Below, piece after piece: positions 1 to 13,654 of a stretch of 64,000 nt of DNA. Origin of the DNA: Eledone cirrhosa (Eukaryota); assembly GCA_964016885.1 (NCBI GenBank), contig OZ024740.1, positions 130,386,001 through 130,450,000 on the forward strand, read 5' to 3'. Under the pieces are notes generated by a model. It was not told the DNA's origin and searched no databases. It was given only the letters and a program-made list of their open reading frames with translations. Every line of letters starts with the position of its first letter. The first letter of the stretch is position 1. The position numbers and the translations under genes are program-made.

Positions 1-170
1 CTTCCTAAGTTACCCCTGGGTGGTACCCCACCTCTCAAGGGAGTTTATTGTTAAAAGTTTATTTATTTACACAATTTCTGTTTTTGTAAAACCCCAGGAC
101 CAATGACTGTTGTATTGTCCTAATTATTTCGGCCCTAGTGGTCAATAAATAAATTATTATTATTATTATT

Positions 171-183
171 AGTAGTAGTAGGT

Positions 184-238
<55 letters not shown>

Positions 239-260
239 CAACAGTAGTAGTGGTAGCAAC

Positions 261-320
<60 letters not shown>
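171..320. repeat. (TAG)n microsatellite
   Basis: Near-perfect tagtagtag run, preceded by (TTA)n. Confidence 0.95.
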
Positions 321-907
321 TATCAGGTGCTGACAATTTGGGGGAGGAGAAAGAAAGGAAACAATACATTTAGTAATTTTTGAAACTAACAAAATGCATA
401 GCTTTAATTGATCTAGGCCTCATCACAACTCAGGAATCAGCAGAGAAATTTGATGGAAAGTCACTTTATTATATCATGTAGTAGTGTAAACGAAGAAATG
501 TTGACACAATAAATCTGCCAACTACTCTGCCAACCCGCTTCACATGAGCACACAAGCGATTATGCTACTATATATATATAGTAATACAGAATATATTTGA
601 ATAGATTAGTTGTAAAAATGCCAATGTTATTTATTAATTTTCCTTGATCCTAGCCTGTAATTTAAAGTGTTGGTTTTAATTAAACTATCGCATGATGTGA
701 TTTAATAAACAATATTTTGTTTTTTAGTTGTTTTTAGTATATTAATAATAACTGAATTAATTGATTCATACATTATACTATTTCCTCAACATCTATATTA
801 TTTAATCTTCCACACACGCACTAGACGGATGCAAACAAGTGTGAAATGATATAAAGCATATATGTTCACACATACGTACACCCAATGAACTACATATATG
901 GGTGTTA

Positions 908-964
<57 letters not shown>

Positions 965-3964
965 AATAAATATATATACATATATGTGTATGTGTGTGTA
1001 TGTGTGTGTGTGCACGGGCATATGACTCTGTGTGTTGGGGGGTGTTGTATACCTCATAGCGAATGGCTTCTCATATATTTCTGCATTACTGAAAATGTAT
1101 ATGTGTGCTAAAATGTGCTATTTACTAGTGGGGTGTATATTGAATATATATATAACTATATTCCTGACTAGACACATTAAAATGACGCCTGCTATCTTAC
1201 ATCTCATAATTTTTAATTCCTTGAACATAGGTTACATTAATCTGAATGATCGAGGTTTAAAAATTGAAAACAACCATACAGATGGCCTAATGCATGGTGG
1301 AACGTCCGTGGAAATAACGCAAATTTCATTTCTAATGTAATTCTCTCGGTATGGGATAAAGATTTTAATTCCCTGGGATCTTAATTTAACTTCTGTACAA
1401 CAATTATTTATTTTTTATCATTAAATAGTTATTGATTTAACTGTATTCCTGATCCACAGAACTTATGCCTGGATACTATGGGCAGTTTCCAGAAATCTTT
1501 AGAAAGAAAATTACACAAGCAGCTGTAAATATTCCGATTTTAATCTTCATTAGAATTGAACTGAACGTAACTGATCGAGCTTCCGAACTAGTACTCCTAG
1601 AAAGCGAATTATTTCATTATTTCATACTACAGTAGCTGTTATGTTTTAGGAGCAAACAAACATCTGGCGTTCAGTAAATTCGTTTGACTTATGGGAAAGA
1701 TGACAGATGTCAGTACATCTAAAATACAATCAAGGTTACAAGAAATCAGTGCATATTGTCGTAAATTTAATTCCTATGAATCAAACCACAATTTAGTTAT
1801 TTCCTGTCATTAAGTGTGTTGTATCAGAATTTCTGCTTTTCACCTCTTCCCTACAGCATAATCGATCGATTGCGTTCCATAATTTTCCTTTATTTTGCTG
1901 AATTATTTAATACTCAAGGATATGAATCAGATCAAAATGAGACGTTCTCTTTGGTAAGAATAAATTCCTTTCTTAATTTAAATGGGTTTTTAATGGACGT
2001 AAACATAATATTCATTGAAACGTTATTCAATTATTTAAATTCGGAATATTCTATTTGAAATAATACATGTGATTGTATTACGGAAATTTTCTCAAAAATG
2101 GTTCGTCAGCTATAAATGTTCTTGCAAGAATTCTAGAGTCATATTGTATTTATAATACAATTAGATTATGTAAAATCGTATTTAAATGCATTTTCTGTCA
2201 TGCTCCATCCATATTACCATAATTATGTATAAGGGCCGAAAACAATTCAATGATATTACCAATTCTTGATCGACACTCATTGTTTTATTATCAACATCTA
2301 CGAAATAATGCACATATTGTAGATTGATAATGTATTGACAAAATATTAATAATCTAAATGTGTTTACAGTATTAAATAAAACTGATAGAGTTGCTATATT
2401 TCCATGGTTTATAATCTTAAAAGTATGGTACATATTGCAATTAAATATTATATTTACATTTCATAGTATTATTCATTAGTAACATGTAGCAACATTTCCA
2501 TCACAAATTATGATAACTTTTGCTACATGCATTATAATATTACAAAATTTGGGCTGCCTCAAATTTCAGCGTTATTCATATTTTACAATACAATTGAAAT
2601 TTCGATGTACGGAAACGTATTTGTGCTAATCTATTTTACAGGATGTAGTATACAATAATTTCACATAATTCCCCATGCGTTAGAGACTTTACAATATATT
2701 ATATGAGGCATTAATAAGTGTAATGTGGTAGAGTTTACGAGATGCAGCTAGGTAGCCTCATATATCACGAGACATGAAACGCGTAATGAGATTTACTTTT
2801 TTTTTAAGAACAGTTGTTTGTATATCATTTCTATACATAAGTAATAGTATGTTGACATTCTATGCTATTAGGTTTCTACTATTAATATCTCCACATAAAA
2901 GCATATAACATTGGGCATGATGTAGCACATGCTTTGGAAATTATGCTACAATTTTATCAAATGAAAGTAAAACGATAATTTACTCATTTTCAACGTAAGT
3001 TTCTTCCTTGTATCACTTGAGAATCAATCCTTTCTTATTACTCATATATTTCCTGTTCAACTTTGGGTGATATTTTCTGTAATCATGTAGTGTATTTCTA
3101 AAACCCTCATACGTATTCTAGATTCGTTCTATAATAGCATTCCTGCAATAGCGTTACTGATGTCCATTTCAATTTATACATCAGGATGATGAAATCCGGA
3201 AGGAGTAAGTTGTGTGAAATATTTTGTCGGATAATTTAAAGCCAACCAGCATCCTCGAGTCAACTTTCATATTTTGTAATTTCACCTTGCAAAATATTTA
3301 GAACTCGAATATTAGCTTGGCGACCCTGATTGGCATTTCAGATTTAGATAATTTCTAGTTTAGATCAATGTCAAATTAAACTATATCAGTACACGGTTCA
3401 TGCGATTGCCCTAATTGACATATTTCCTTACTGTATGCCAATGATGTTTGTATCGAAATCTTCATTATTATGTATCGTTACTTTTCCTACCTTGCTGAAT
3501 TCTAAATCAATATGAAATTGCATCCTGCGTTATGTATGTGTTAAACGTGACATATTTTTGAAGTACTTCTCTACCATCTTTGTTCAGAAACTCGTAACAC
3601 AACATGTTATTTAATGAAAATATCTGAGCAAAAATTACCGCAATCAGAGTAATTACATTCCTGGTTACCATTTACATTGGAATATGAAAAGGTTCAGTGA
3701 TCACACGAGAAGACAGTGACGTTTGATCACCAATACTGTATTATATTTTTCTCTTGAGAATCTTCCAAAGGATTATGTATGGATGTCAATACTGAGTCAA
3801 GGATTGGATCGAAGAGAAGGAACAAAGTGTGAAATATCCCGTTAACGTTTGACAAAACAGAAAAAATTCAAATAATATTACTATGTATGTTGCAATTATA
3901 TCTCAGTTTGTTTTAAATGTATGCTTTCTTCTTAGTCTCATTTTTCGTTACACACATGTTCCAT

Positions 3965-5150
3965 GAGGGTTGTGGTGGCAGAGTCCTTAGATACTCCTTC
4001 CAGCAGGTCCTGTGAGAGCCAGCCGTCTCCAATTAATCCTACTGGATGCACAAACAGGACAAGCCAATCTCTATCACTATCTTGTCAGGATCTACCTCTT
4101 GGTCTCCTGTCGGTGGATTTTGTCCTGTGATTATTTCATGAGGCACTCTAATTTCATATACGGAGAATCAAAGATTCTCTCCGAGCTACGTACGCTGTCA
4201 ATTAACGTTACTCTAAAGACACGTCTGAGGAAATCTATTTCGACCATTTGAATTTGCGACCGTATTCTTTCAGTGATCAATGGGCATAAGTAATGCTTGG
4301 CTCAAATACCGAAATGAAGATAAGGACCTTGCCTTTTATACCCAATGTTCATCTTCTGATGACCGAATGCTGAATATTTACTTTACCTCCTGCTTTGAAC
4401 CACACGTAAACACGGCCACGGTACACTTGAAATTTTCACCTGTTTCACTGTAATTCCATATGTATAGTGTTTCAGTCATCCCTGCCCTCATATTCATTTT
4501 TACGTGCCGCACTTGGCAGCAAACCTATGAACTGCATGTCGGAGATTACTTTCCCCATGAGTTAATTAGTACCAATTCCTCGGAAAATTCCAGCCGACTG
4601 ATAATTATTTCACCAGTCACGATACTTTTTCCAGCCCGGCTGTGAATGTTAGTCATATCCATGAAGATTATGAATAAAACAGGTGAGAATCCGTACTGCT
4701 GGCATTGTTTGACACTCACATTGAATATTTTTGAATTAACAACATTTATCAAAGCAAAATTACTACGGCTTCTGCACAGAGGCATCAGGGCAACATAAAG
4801 ATCATTATCGATCCCAGAACCTTCCAGATCAGGTATCGTGGAATGCAGTCGTATGATATTTCCAGGTCTGCTTAGCAACCACCTTCGCAATAATTTCTTA
4901 AAGCTGTACAACAGAGTGAATATACACATGGCTCTCTTTCATCCGGTGCGTAAACCTCTGTGTTCGACAGACTTCTTGGACTCGGCAATATCCGTAAATC
5001 TCTGTGCCAGATACGTATCGTGGATTTCACATGCTAATCAAGGAAATGCTTCTAAAATTGGTGCGATTTCTTTGATATCTCGTTTCGAAAATTATGTTTA
5101 TCCCACCAATTACCTTTGTTTCCATGAGTCAGCCAAAGTGTAGAATTTCT
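3965..5150 (-). mobile_element. Decayed RTE-like non-LTR retrotransposon RT fragment
   Basis: Minus ORF 4546-4929 has an RT-like segment (FNVSVKQCQQYGFSPVLFIIFMD, resembling GxxQGcxLSPxLFxxxMD); many disruptions. Confidence 0.55.
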
Positions 5151-6056
5151 ACTTTTTGCATGCTTTTGCTAAAATTCGCGAGATAACAAGGAACTAGATC
5201 ATAAGTTCTACATTGATACAAAAGCCAACTCGGATAGTGTCACATAATGTTGAGGCTTATTGAAACATTGTATGTTCTTTGCCATTTAACGTCAATTCAT
5301 GCAGTATTCTCAGCATGGCTTTATTGATGTCATCACTACTGTTGGTGAATATTCAGAACATTCTAAAGATTAAGTGTGTAGTTCATGGATAATGAATGCT
5401 TACTGAATATCAAGCAGTGCGTTGTTGCAAGCATCTTTATTAGTGTTGTAGTTTGCTAATTAAATCATGGGTAAATTGTGGCACAACTCCCTATGTCGTG
5501 ATGACCATATGCTGTATTTACGGCACATCGTTTCAGACAATTCTGATATTGTGGAAACATTCAGATTTTACTAGCCCTGTTATGCATATGACGTGTTTCC
5601 CATAATTATTTAAAATGTTCCGGCATATTGGACATAAAATTGACATGAGGATAAATATAATCAACGATTGTAGCTACATTAACATGAATTTATCTAATCA
5701 GAACTGAAATATTTTCTTCTGTGGATAATCTGCATTTAGTTTATGATCTATTATATATTTTGCATACCAGTAATTTCAATATTGTTTCTGAGAATTGCAA
5801 TAGAAATAGTGTAATTATTCCTTGCTTTTAATGTTGTATGGACAAATATAAATGTCTGATATGTATGTAAATACATATTTCAACTGATTTTAAGGATAAT
5901 TCGGCATTTATATTTGTGATACTTACCTAGTATGGTATATATGCCATATATATAACAAAGGCATATCTAGAGTTAGAAACTCAAAATAGTCTCAAAGAGG
6001 TTTTCCGAGCCGTATTGTATAACTGAACAACAATGAAAATCCAACTCTGACATTTA

Positions 6057-6673
6057 CATATATGTGTTCAAATCGTAATGAACCAGATTCGCTAAGGTTA
6101 AAAAACTACAGACAATAGGGTTTGCTAGACTCCATTTAAGAGTAAATCAAGAAAGATAAATACAAATCAGAATTGTGGTAACTACCGATCACCCGAACAG
6201 TTTTTAAAATACTGTTTCGCAATATTATTTGTGAAGAGGAATTACAATTCTTGCTCATCAGTGGGTGAAGATTTATTAGTATCCTGGTCACTTCTAAGTA
6301 TATTAACAAACTGAATAGTGTGCGTATATATATTAGCGCACATTGTATCTGAACTTAGCGTGTCTCATAAACTGACACCACTAAACATAACAACCAGGTT
6401 TATACGACATTTGAATTAGCCCAACAAATTAACGGAGCCGAATATATCAAAGGTATATTTAAGAATAATAAAGAAAGTAAATACAAACCGGAATTGTGGG
6501 AACTACCAATGCTTGCTCAATAGTGGGTGAAGAATTATTAGTATCCTGGTCACTCCGGTTAGTATTTACTTTCTTAATTTATTCTTAATTTGAGTCTGGC
6601 AAACCCTATTTTCTCTAGTTATTATTCTTTTCACCTTAACGAATCTGGTCCCTTAGGATTTGAACACATATAT
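6057..6673. mobile_element. Non-coding foldback element (family A) with internal direct repeat
   Basis: 6057-6165 is an imperfect inverted repeat of 6562-6673; 6150-6290 is partly repeated directly at 6470-6555. Confidence 0.7.
6190..6267 (-). ncRNA. Type I hammerhead ribozyme motif (family A)
   Basis: Minus strand: caccca-CTGATGA-gcaa...ttgc-GAAAC-agt...act-GTT-cgggtg; stems I, II and III all pair, with one mismatch in stem I. Confidence 0.75.
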
Positions 6674-6789
6674 GTATATATCTGTGTTCGTTTTTCTTTT
6701 ATATATATATATATATACATTATGAAGAGAGAAGAAACATTTAGATATAATTAGTAATAAGATGTATCATACCTAAACTGCTTCCAGAT

Positions 6790-6879
6790 TCCTCGACTAC
6801 GTAGTTTCGTGGCATAATCAAAAACAATACATCATAGATATATAGAGCGTTTGCGAGGTCTGCCGACTTATCAAGAGGA
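6790..6879 (-). ncRNA. Hammerhead ribozyme motif, U3:A8 variant core (family B copy 1)
   Basis: tcctc-TTGATAA-gtcggca...tgccac-GAAAC-TACGTA-GTC-gagga. Confidence 0.65.
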
Positions 6880-7382
6880 TACCTCGTTTTACTAGCCTCA
6901 AGAACACCTCTATATGATGTGAGATAGAATCCCAAAAGGCGGATGGGGAGTCAGTCACGTGATACAACGGTCAAGAAACAGAGCTAAGCCCCTTATAACC
7001 CCGAAAAAATACCACGGAGGCGGAGGGGGTATTTATATCGAAGCCGCGGAAGAGGTGGCTAAGGGGGTGAGAAGTATGAGTAATGGCAGCTTTCCAGCAG
7101 TCACTACACTTTAAAGATTACTCAACCAGAGGGAGTTATACACAATATGTTGAGAAACACACAGATACATGCGGACACAAACATATACATGAATATATCC
7201 ACATCCATCCTTGAGCTAATGGTGCCAACCTTAACCGATGTTGCTCTATGAATAACTGGGACAAACCAATCCGAATGGATTAGACTGAACCAGTATCAGA
7301 GCTAAAAGTACATTATGAAGAGAGAAGAAACATTTAGATATAATTAGTAATAAGATGTATCATACCTAAACTGCTTCTAGAT

Positions 7383-7472
7383 TCCTCGACTACGTAGTTT
7401 CGTGGCATAATCAAAAACAATACATCATAGAGATATAAAGCTTTTGCGAGGTCTGCCGACTTATCAAGAGGA
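7383..7472 (-). ncRNA. Hammerhead ribozyme motif, U3:A8 variant core (family B copy 2)
   Basis: Same motif as 6790-6879, 593 nt away. Confidence 0.65.
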
Positions 7473-7635
7473 TACCTCATTTTACTAGCCTCAAGTACAC
7501 GTCTATATGATCGGCGTTATAAGGGGCTTAGCTCTGTTTTTTTACCTTTGTATCACGTGACTGACTCCCCCTCCGCCTTTGGGGATTCTATCTCACAAAA
7601 TATAGACGTGTTCTTGAGGCTAGTAAAACGAGGTA

Positions 7636-7725
7636 TCCTCTTGATAAGTCGGCAGACCTCGCAAAAGCTCTGTATCTCTATGATGTATTGTTTTTGATTA
7701 TACCACGAAACTACGTAGTCGAGGA
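7636..7725 (+). ncRNA. Hammerhead ribozyme motif, U3:A8 variant core (family B copy 3)
   Basis: tcctc-TTGATAA-gtcgg...ccac-GAAAC-TACGTA-GTC-gagga. Confidence 0.65.
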
Positions 7726-7965
7726 ATCTAGAAGCAGTTTAGGTATGATACATCTTATAACTAATTATATCTAAATGTTTCTTCTCTCTTCATAATGTAC
7801 TTTTAGCTCTAATACTGGTTCAGTCTAATCCATTCGGATTGGTTTGTCCCAGTTATTCATAGAGCAACATCGGTTAAGGTTGGCACCATTAACTCAAGGA
7901 TGGATGTGGATATATTCATGTATATGTGTGTGTCCGCATGTATCCTTGTGTTTCTCAATATATTG

Positions 7966-8059
<94 letters not shown>

Positions 8060-8267
8060 GTATATATATGTAGATAAATGTACCAAAACAAACGGTAGTG
8101 TCCTATCCGTATGAAGAACTCAATGTAATTCAAATATAGAAGATATCATGAAAAGAGAAAATGTATTCAAAATTTAACGATAAAAATCATAGGAAAACCG
8201 AGTCAAGATAAATTAATAAAAGCAATGAAATAAAAACAAAGAACAGGTTCCTTATATTGAACAAAAT

Positions 8268-8408
8268 CATCATTTTACTATCGTTTCTGGGATATATATG
8301 TGTGTGTTGGTATGTATATCATATGAGAGATCTATGTTAAAAAATATTACAAATTATCACAGGAGATATACATAGCTTTACCTATACATGCCATCTTCAG
8401 ATTTGATG
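8268..8408 (-). ncRNA. Hammerhead motif with about 110-nt loop II (homologous to 13418-13557)
   Basis: catcaaat-CTGAAGA-tgg...cca-GAAAC-GATA-GTA-aaatgatg. Confidence 0.5.
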
Positions 8409-9174
8409 AAGTATGTTTATTAAAAGAAACAAAGTATTAATACAAAATGTCTGTTTGGGGACATGTTTTGAAATGACCAATAGAAAAGAGTTAGAGATCA
8501 AGTTGATAGAATAACAGTAGTAGAAACTTTATGCTAGGAGTGGAGGAATGTAAATGTATGCTTTGAATGAAAAGAATATAGTGGGGAAGAGAAGGATAGG
8601 GGTTACAATGAGGTTAAGTCAATGAGATAGTGAAGGATTCCCCCAAACGATTGTTGTTATTAAAGAATGCTGTTAAAAGTGAAGGGAAAATATTTTTTTG
8701 TGGGATGAGATTGTTAGTGAGAAATACTACTCATGTTTAAATTTCAAGGAACCTAGATACATAAAAGGAAATTAAATTAATTGATAGGTATACTTACAGA
8801 GTTATCAATATATTAATTCTTATGAGTGTGATAAATAAAGAAGTCAACAAATTGAAAAAATAAAAAATATATATAGAGAATGACTGAAATAGATAACATT
8901 TTATAAAAGAAGTGTATCTATCTAAATATCCATAATATTAAAGATATTAATTGTATTTACTAATCCTAGGTATCAAATAATCCTAGGTATTAAATGTGAT
9001 AGATAGGGGATGCGGTTAAACGAATTAGTGAGATTAAAGATAACTTTACGTAAAGTGAGCTACAAGAGGGAAATCAAATTATGAAATTCTTTGTAGTAAA
9101 TATCTAATTATAGGTTAAATAAATTATATATATAAGTATATATATATATACATACACACACACACACACACACC

Positions 9175-9265
<91 letters not shown>

Positions 9266-9270
<5 letters not shown>

Positions 9271-9577
9271 TAAAAGGAAAAGAAAATGCTGACAAACTTT
9301 TCCCAGTGAAAAATAGTTTAATTAGGAATAAATATAAATGAGTACTAAGTATTGGGTAGCATTCAGTTTTAGTTTTAAGTTTCGAAAACTTATTTTTGAA
9401 AAGCATTAGAAATGCGCAACCGTTAAAACCTTAAAACTAAAACTGAATACTAACCAATACTTATTACTAATTTATACTTATCCCTAATTGATCTGTTTTT
9501 CACTGGGAAAAATTTGTCAGCATTTTCTTATCCTTTTACTAATATATCACAACTCGTGTGTTACACTTCTATTCTTT

Positions 9578-9580
<3 letters not shown>
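9266..9580. mobile_element. Hairpin (MITE-like) element between (TA)n tracts (family C)
   Basis: About 115-bp imperfect inverted arms at 9266-9380 and 9428-9545, plus a short unpaired tail. Confidence 0.75.
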
Positions 9581-9626
<46 letters not shown>

Positions 9627-10379
9627 TTATATATATATATATGTGGGCGTGTATGCGTGTGTATGCGTGTGTGTGTATGCGCGCGCGCGCGCGTGTCTGT
9701 GTGTAGCATAGGTATCTTACTTTGAATTTAACTGCCTAACGGCGTGAATATTTCGCACATTTCATACGTGCTTCTATGTGATACGTACACTAGTAAAAAC
9801 AAATACTATGTAAATCAATTCTGAAGCAATTACAATATGAATGCCTCTGACTTCAATGGTTTCAAGTGGCAATGCTATACATTTTTCAGCATAAAACTGT
9901 ATTTCAGTAGATATGACATTCCCAATGACCGTTATAAATACGAAGATATATTTCAAGATTCCATTTTGCAGGAACAAAATCAATAAATCGATAATATATC
10001 GTTTCAAACAGTTGAGAGAAATTTTCTGTTTCGTCGTATACATCATACCTTTACATCATTTATAAAGTACTACGTAGAGATTGAAACACACAACACAGAT
10101 TGGGTCTATTTTAACCATACTTCATGCATCATTAATTATTCATAAAAGTTTTCAAAGATGAAACAGAAATTGAGAATAAAAATGGTTTTGACGTATTATA
10201 TGTGGATATCGGTGTGTGGGTGTATGTTAATGTAGTTAGATGTGCGTTTATTGAAGCTTAGACTCTGCATGGGTGATTAGAAGTACCGTAAACACCCTCG
10301 TACCCGGATACACATATATAAATATAAATATACATACATATAAATAATTAAATAAATATTCATAAAAACACATTTCATG

Positions 10380-10421
<42 letters not shown>

Positions 10422-10489
10422 GTGTGGGGTACGTGTGTATGTGTGCCTGTGTGTGTGACTGCGCGTGTGCGTGCATGTGTGTATGTGTG

Positions 10490-10523
<34 letters not shown>

Positions 10524-10585
10524 CAAAAAAGTAAATATAAGCGGAAAAGCAAACGAAATATTACAATGATGTAGTAGGCAAAGTG

Positions 10586-10622
10586 TTCTTACGTTTCAGG
10601 CATTAGTCCTTCATCGGAAGCT
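10586..10622 (-). ncRNA. Degenerate minimal hammerhead in inverted pLTR
   Basis: ctt-CCGATGA-agg actaatg cct-GAAAC-GTA-aga. Confidence 0.45.
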
Positions 10623-11064
10623 AGAATGAGAAATATAAGATGAACTAAAATGATAATGAGTGAGAAAAGGAAAGAAGGGAAAGTAAATGAGCAAACCTCA
10701 TCTGTATTTAGTCAGTTATTTTGGATAAATGCTGGCCAGTGCGTATCTTAGGAATTAAACATTTTTAGAAAGAGAGATAATCATTGCATATTTTGAGTGA
10801 ATAGATACGCACATAAATATGTGCTTGTGTGTACATTTTGTTTTGCTATCCACGTGTCAATTCAAAAATCAGGACTCACGCATCTCCCACGGAATTGAGT
10901 TCGTAAATCAGTAGAAAGGTAACCCCCAAGTGTGTTGTGTTGATCTGTATCAAACGATAGTCATTGCGTAGCCAGAATCCAGTAGATAGTGGAAGGAATA
11001 AACGAAACTCTGACGGAGGGTGAGGTATATATTTTGTTGGCAGCCACATTCAAGACATATATAG

Positions 11065-11430
11065 ATAACAAAGAAGATGTGGTAATATACAATGTTGGTC
11101 ATAATGCACCAGAGTACTCGATACTTAATGTAGTAGAGTGGGTAATAGCAAAAGAGTCAGAACCATGACGGCTGAGGTCTGGCTGTTGAAACGGCTGGAG
11201 CTCAGTCGTCGGGTTCCTGACTCTTTTCCTATATATATATATAAAACAAAGAAAGTGTGGTAAGCTACCAGGTGGGCCATAACGCACCATAGTACTATAC
11301 TTGTGTAGTAGTGTGAGTAATAGCAAAATAATCAAGACCCCGAAAGCTGAGCTCCGGCCGTTTCGTCAGCTAGATCTAACGGTCAAAACGGCCGGAGCTC
11401 AGGCGTCGAGGTCCTGACTATTTTCCTATA
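11065..11430. mobile_element. Two tandem copies of short hairpin plus tail element (family D)
   Basis: Copies at 11070-11230 and 11250-11428 share the tail ...gtactcgatactt..gtagtagagtggg and a hairpin ending ttttcctata. Confidence 0.75.
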
Positions 11431-11474
11431 TCTTCTCCCAGTACGCTGGACCGACTCCTGAGCTATACACTCGT

Positions 11475-12491
11475 ATGGAGACTGTATCGGCGGCACATCT
11501 TTATCACGAAAACAGCTCGCCTGTTTCTTTTGTCCTATCTTTCCATCCTGCTCTCAATTTCACCGACTCCGTCTCCAATTCTTCTGTCGCTTTTCTAGAT
11601 ATCTCACTATCTATTTATCGCTGTCACCACACCCTCTCTACTTTCATCTTCATTAACTCAACAAACTCCCAATCTTACATCGACTTCACCTCCTCCCATC
11701 CAACCCACACTAAACACTCCATACCCTATTCCCAAATCCTCCGTCTTCGTCGGCTCTGCAGCCAGTACCACGATTTCGAAACCCATTCCCTTCGCATGGC
11801 TTCCTACTTCATCCAAGCTGCTCTCAGCCGCGCCACTGAAAAATACCGCACCACAGTCCTCTCACCTCACCCACGCCCTCCCAACACCCGCATTCCTTTC
11901 CCTATCACCTACCAGCTCGTCACCCTAACACTCCGGCGACATATGTTCCGTTCCTTCCGCATCCTCTCTTCTGACGCCGTCACTTCTCACTTTTATCCAA
12001 ACCCACACTTTACTGCTTTGAATCGCGCCCACAACCTCCGCCATCTACTGATTCGCAGTTCCTTCTCGACCTCTCCCATGACTCCATCACAATCTCATCC
12101 TTGTTCCCGTTGCAGTTGCAACACTTGGCCCTTTATTTCCACCCTCACCACCTAACGGGTCTTTCCGTATCCGCCACTCTTACACCAGCGCATCCACCAA
12201 CGTTGTCTATGCACTCCGGTGTTCCCTTTGCGGGTCCTTATACATCGGACAAACAGGACGCCGTATGCGGACCGTTTTGCTGAGCATTTGAGGGACATAT
12301 GACTCGGTTTGGATACTCCTGTCGCTCGTCATTTTGGTTCTCCTGGTCATTCTTCCCTACATGCCTCAGTCCTGGGTGACCTTTTACATCATGGATCACA
12401 GGCCTCGCGCGTCAGGACTGTACAAAGTCTAATTCACCGCCTTCGGTCCTATTACCCTCTTGGACTCAACTCACCTCCCCAATTTCTCTAA
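11475..12491 (+). pseudogene. PLE RT C-terminus/thumb plus GIY-YIG endonuclease, frameshifted
   Basis: VAFLDI; SSHP.HTKHSIPYSQILRLRRLCS; CSRCSCNTWP; NVVYALRCSLCGSLYIGQTGR; VARHF; terminal GLN. Confidence 0.85.
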
Positions 12492-12985
12492 TACACCGTC
12501 CATTATCAAACCCCTAGATTCCTATCGCTTTCGCTTGATCAATAACATATTCTATTACAGCTACTACAGGCCGACTATATATGCTCACTCCACGTTTCCA
12601 TTCTCTGCTCTGTATACACACATATACACCCGTATGTTAACATACTTTTGCTCATGGGTTTGTAGTTACATGCATATTCACTCTTTTACTCACATATACA
12701 CACTCACTTCTTCTTTGCTTCGTACGGACGTATAATAACACACACACACACACATACTAACGCACGTGTACACGTATAGCTCTTTTTACAAAACGTTTTT
12801 TTTTTTTCCATTTCAGGTAGACGCGCTCCATCATCCACTTTTCTAAATAATAAATCATACACAAAACGCCAGCACCAAGAGTTTTGCAAGAGAAGTCAAC
12901 ATGAAGGGACCTGTTATTTTTATCTAAAAACATTTTTTTCACTTTTACAACCCGCTCGTCCCCTCAATCTATCTTATTTCTCATT

Positions 12986-13025
12986 CTTTCTTCTGATGAA
13001 GGACTAGCGTCCAAGACGTTAAAAC
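12986..13025 (+). ncRNA. Degenerate minimal hammerhead in 3' pLTR
   Basis: ttctt-CTGATGA-aggac tagc gtcc-aagac(GAAAC mutated)-GTT-aa. Confidence 0.5.
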
Positions 13026-13183
13026 CCTCTTCCTGCTATATCAAACGTTAACCTAATATATCCTCCCATACACTGTACCGATTCTGTTGTTATTTCTGTT
13101 TAACTGTTACACACACACGCACACACACACACCCACCCACACATACCCCCCCCCCACACACACATACACACAGGCACATACAC

Positions 13184-13216
<33 letters not shown>

Positions 13217-13217
13217 T

Positions 13218-13265
<48 letters not shown>

Positions 13266-13311
13266 ACTTACTTTGCTCCTAATTTTATACAGGTATTCAT
13301 AATTTAATATA

Positions 13312-13346
<35 letters not shown>

Positions 13347-13417
13347 TCATTTTATGACTCCCTATATATATATATAGTTGAGCTGTCTTTCTTGTCCATT
13401 ATCCATATTACTTAGAC

Positions 13418-13557
13418 CATTTCTGAAGACAGTATATATATGTGAAGGTATGTATATCTCCTCTGATAGTCTGTAATAGTATTACTTAGATGTATATGAT
13501 ATATATACCAACACGCACATATATATATATATATATCCTAGAAACGATCGTAAAATG
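13418..13557 (+). ncRNA. Hammerhead motif with about 110-nt loop II
   Basis: cattt-CTGAAGA-...-GAAAC-GATC-GTA-aaatg; perfect stem I and palindromic stem III; stem II degenerate in this copy. Confidence 0.55.
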
Positions 13558-13605
13558 ATGGATTTTTTAATATAATATCTTTGTTTGTATTCATTGTTTT
13601 TATTA

Positions 13606-13652
<47 letters not shown>

Positions 13653-13654
<2 letters not shown>

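Larger units (their letters stand above)
6716..7965. mobile_element. Non-coding tandem plus inverted element (family B), unit about 593 nt, flanked by (TA)n
   Basis: 6716-6920 is repeated at 7309-7511; 7512-7965 is an inverted copy; TA tracts on both sides. Confidence 0.85.
10545..13060 (+). mobile_element. Decayed Penelope-like element (Neptune-type) with inverted pseudo-LTRs
   Basis: ORF remnants 11475-12491; 10586-10650 is the reverse complement of 12965-13025, each with a degenerate HHR. Confidence 0.75.

Noticed and set aside
9266-9545. HHR in family C hairpin
   Set aside because: Only CTGACAA was found, without a matching fold
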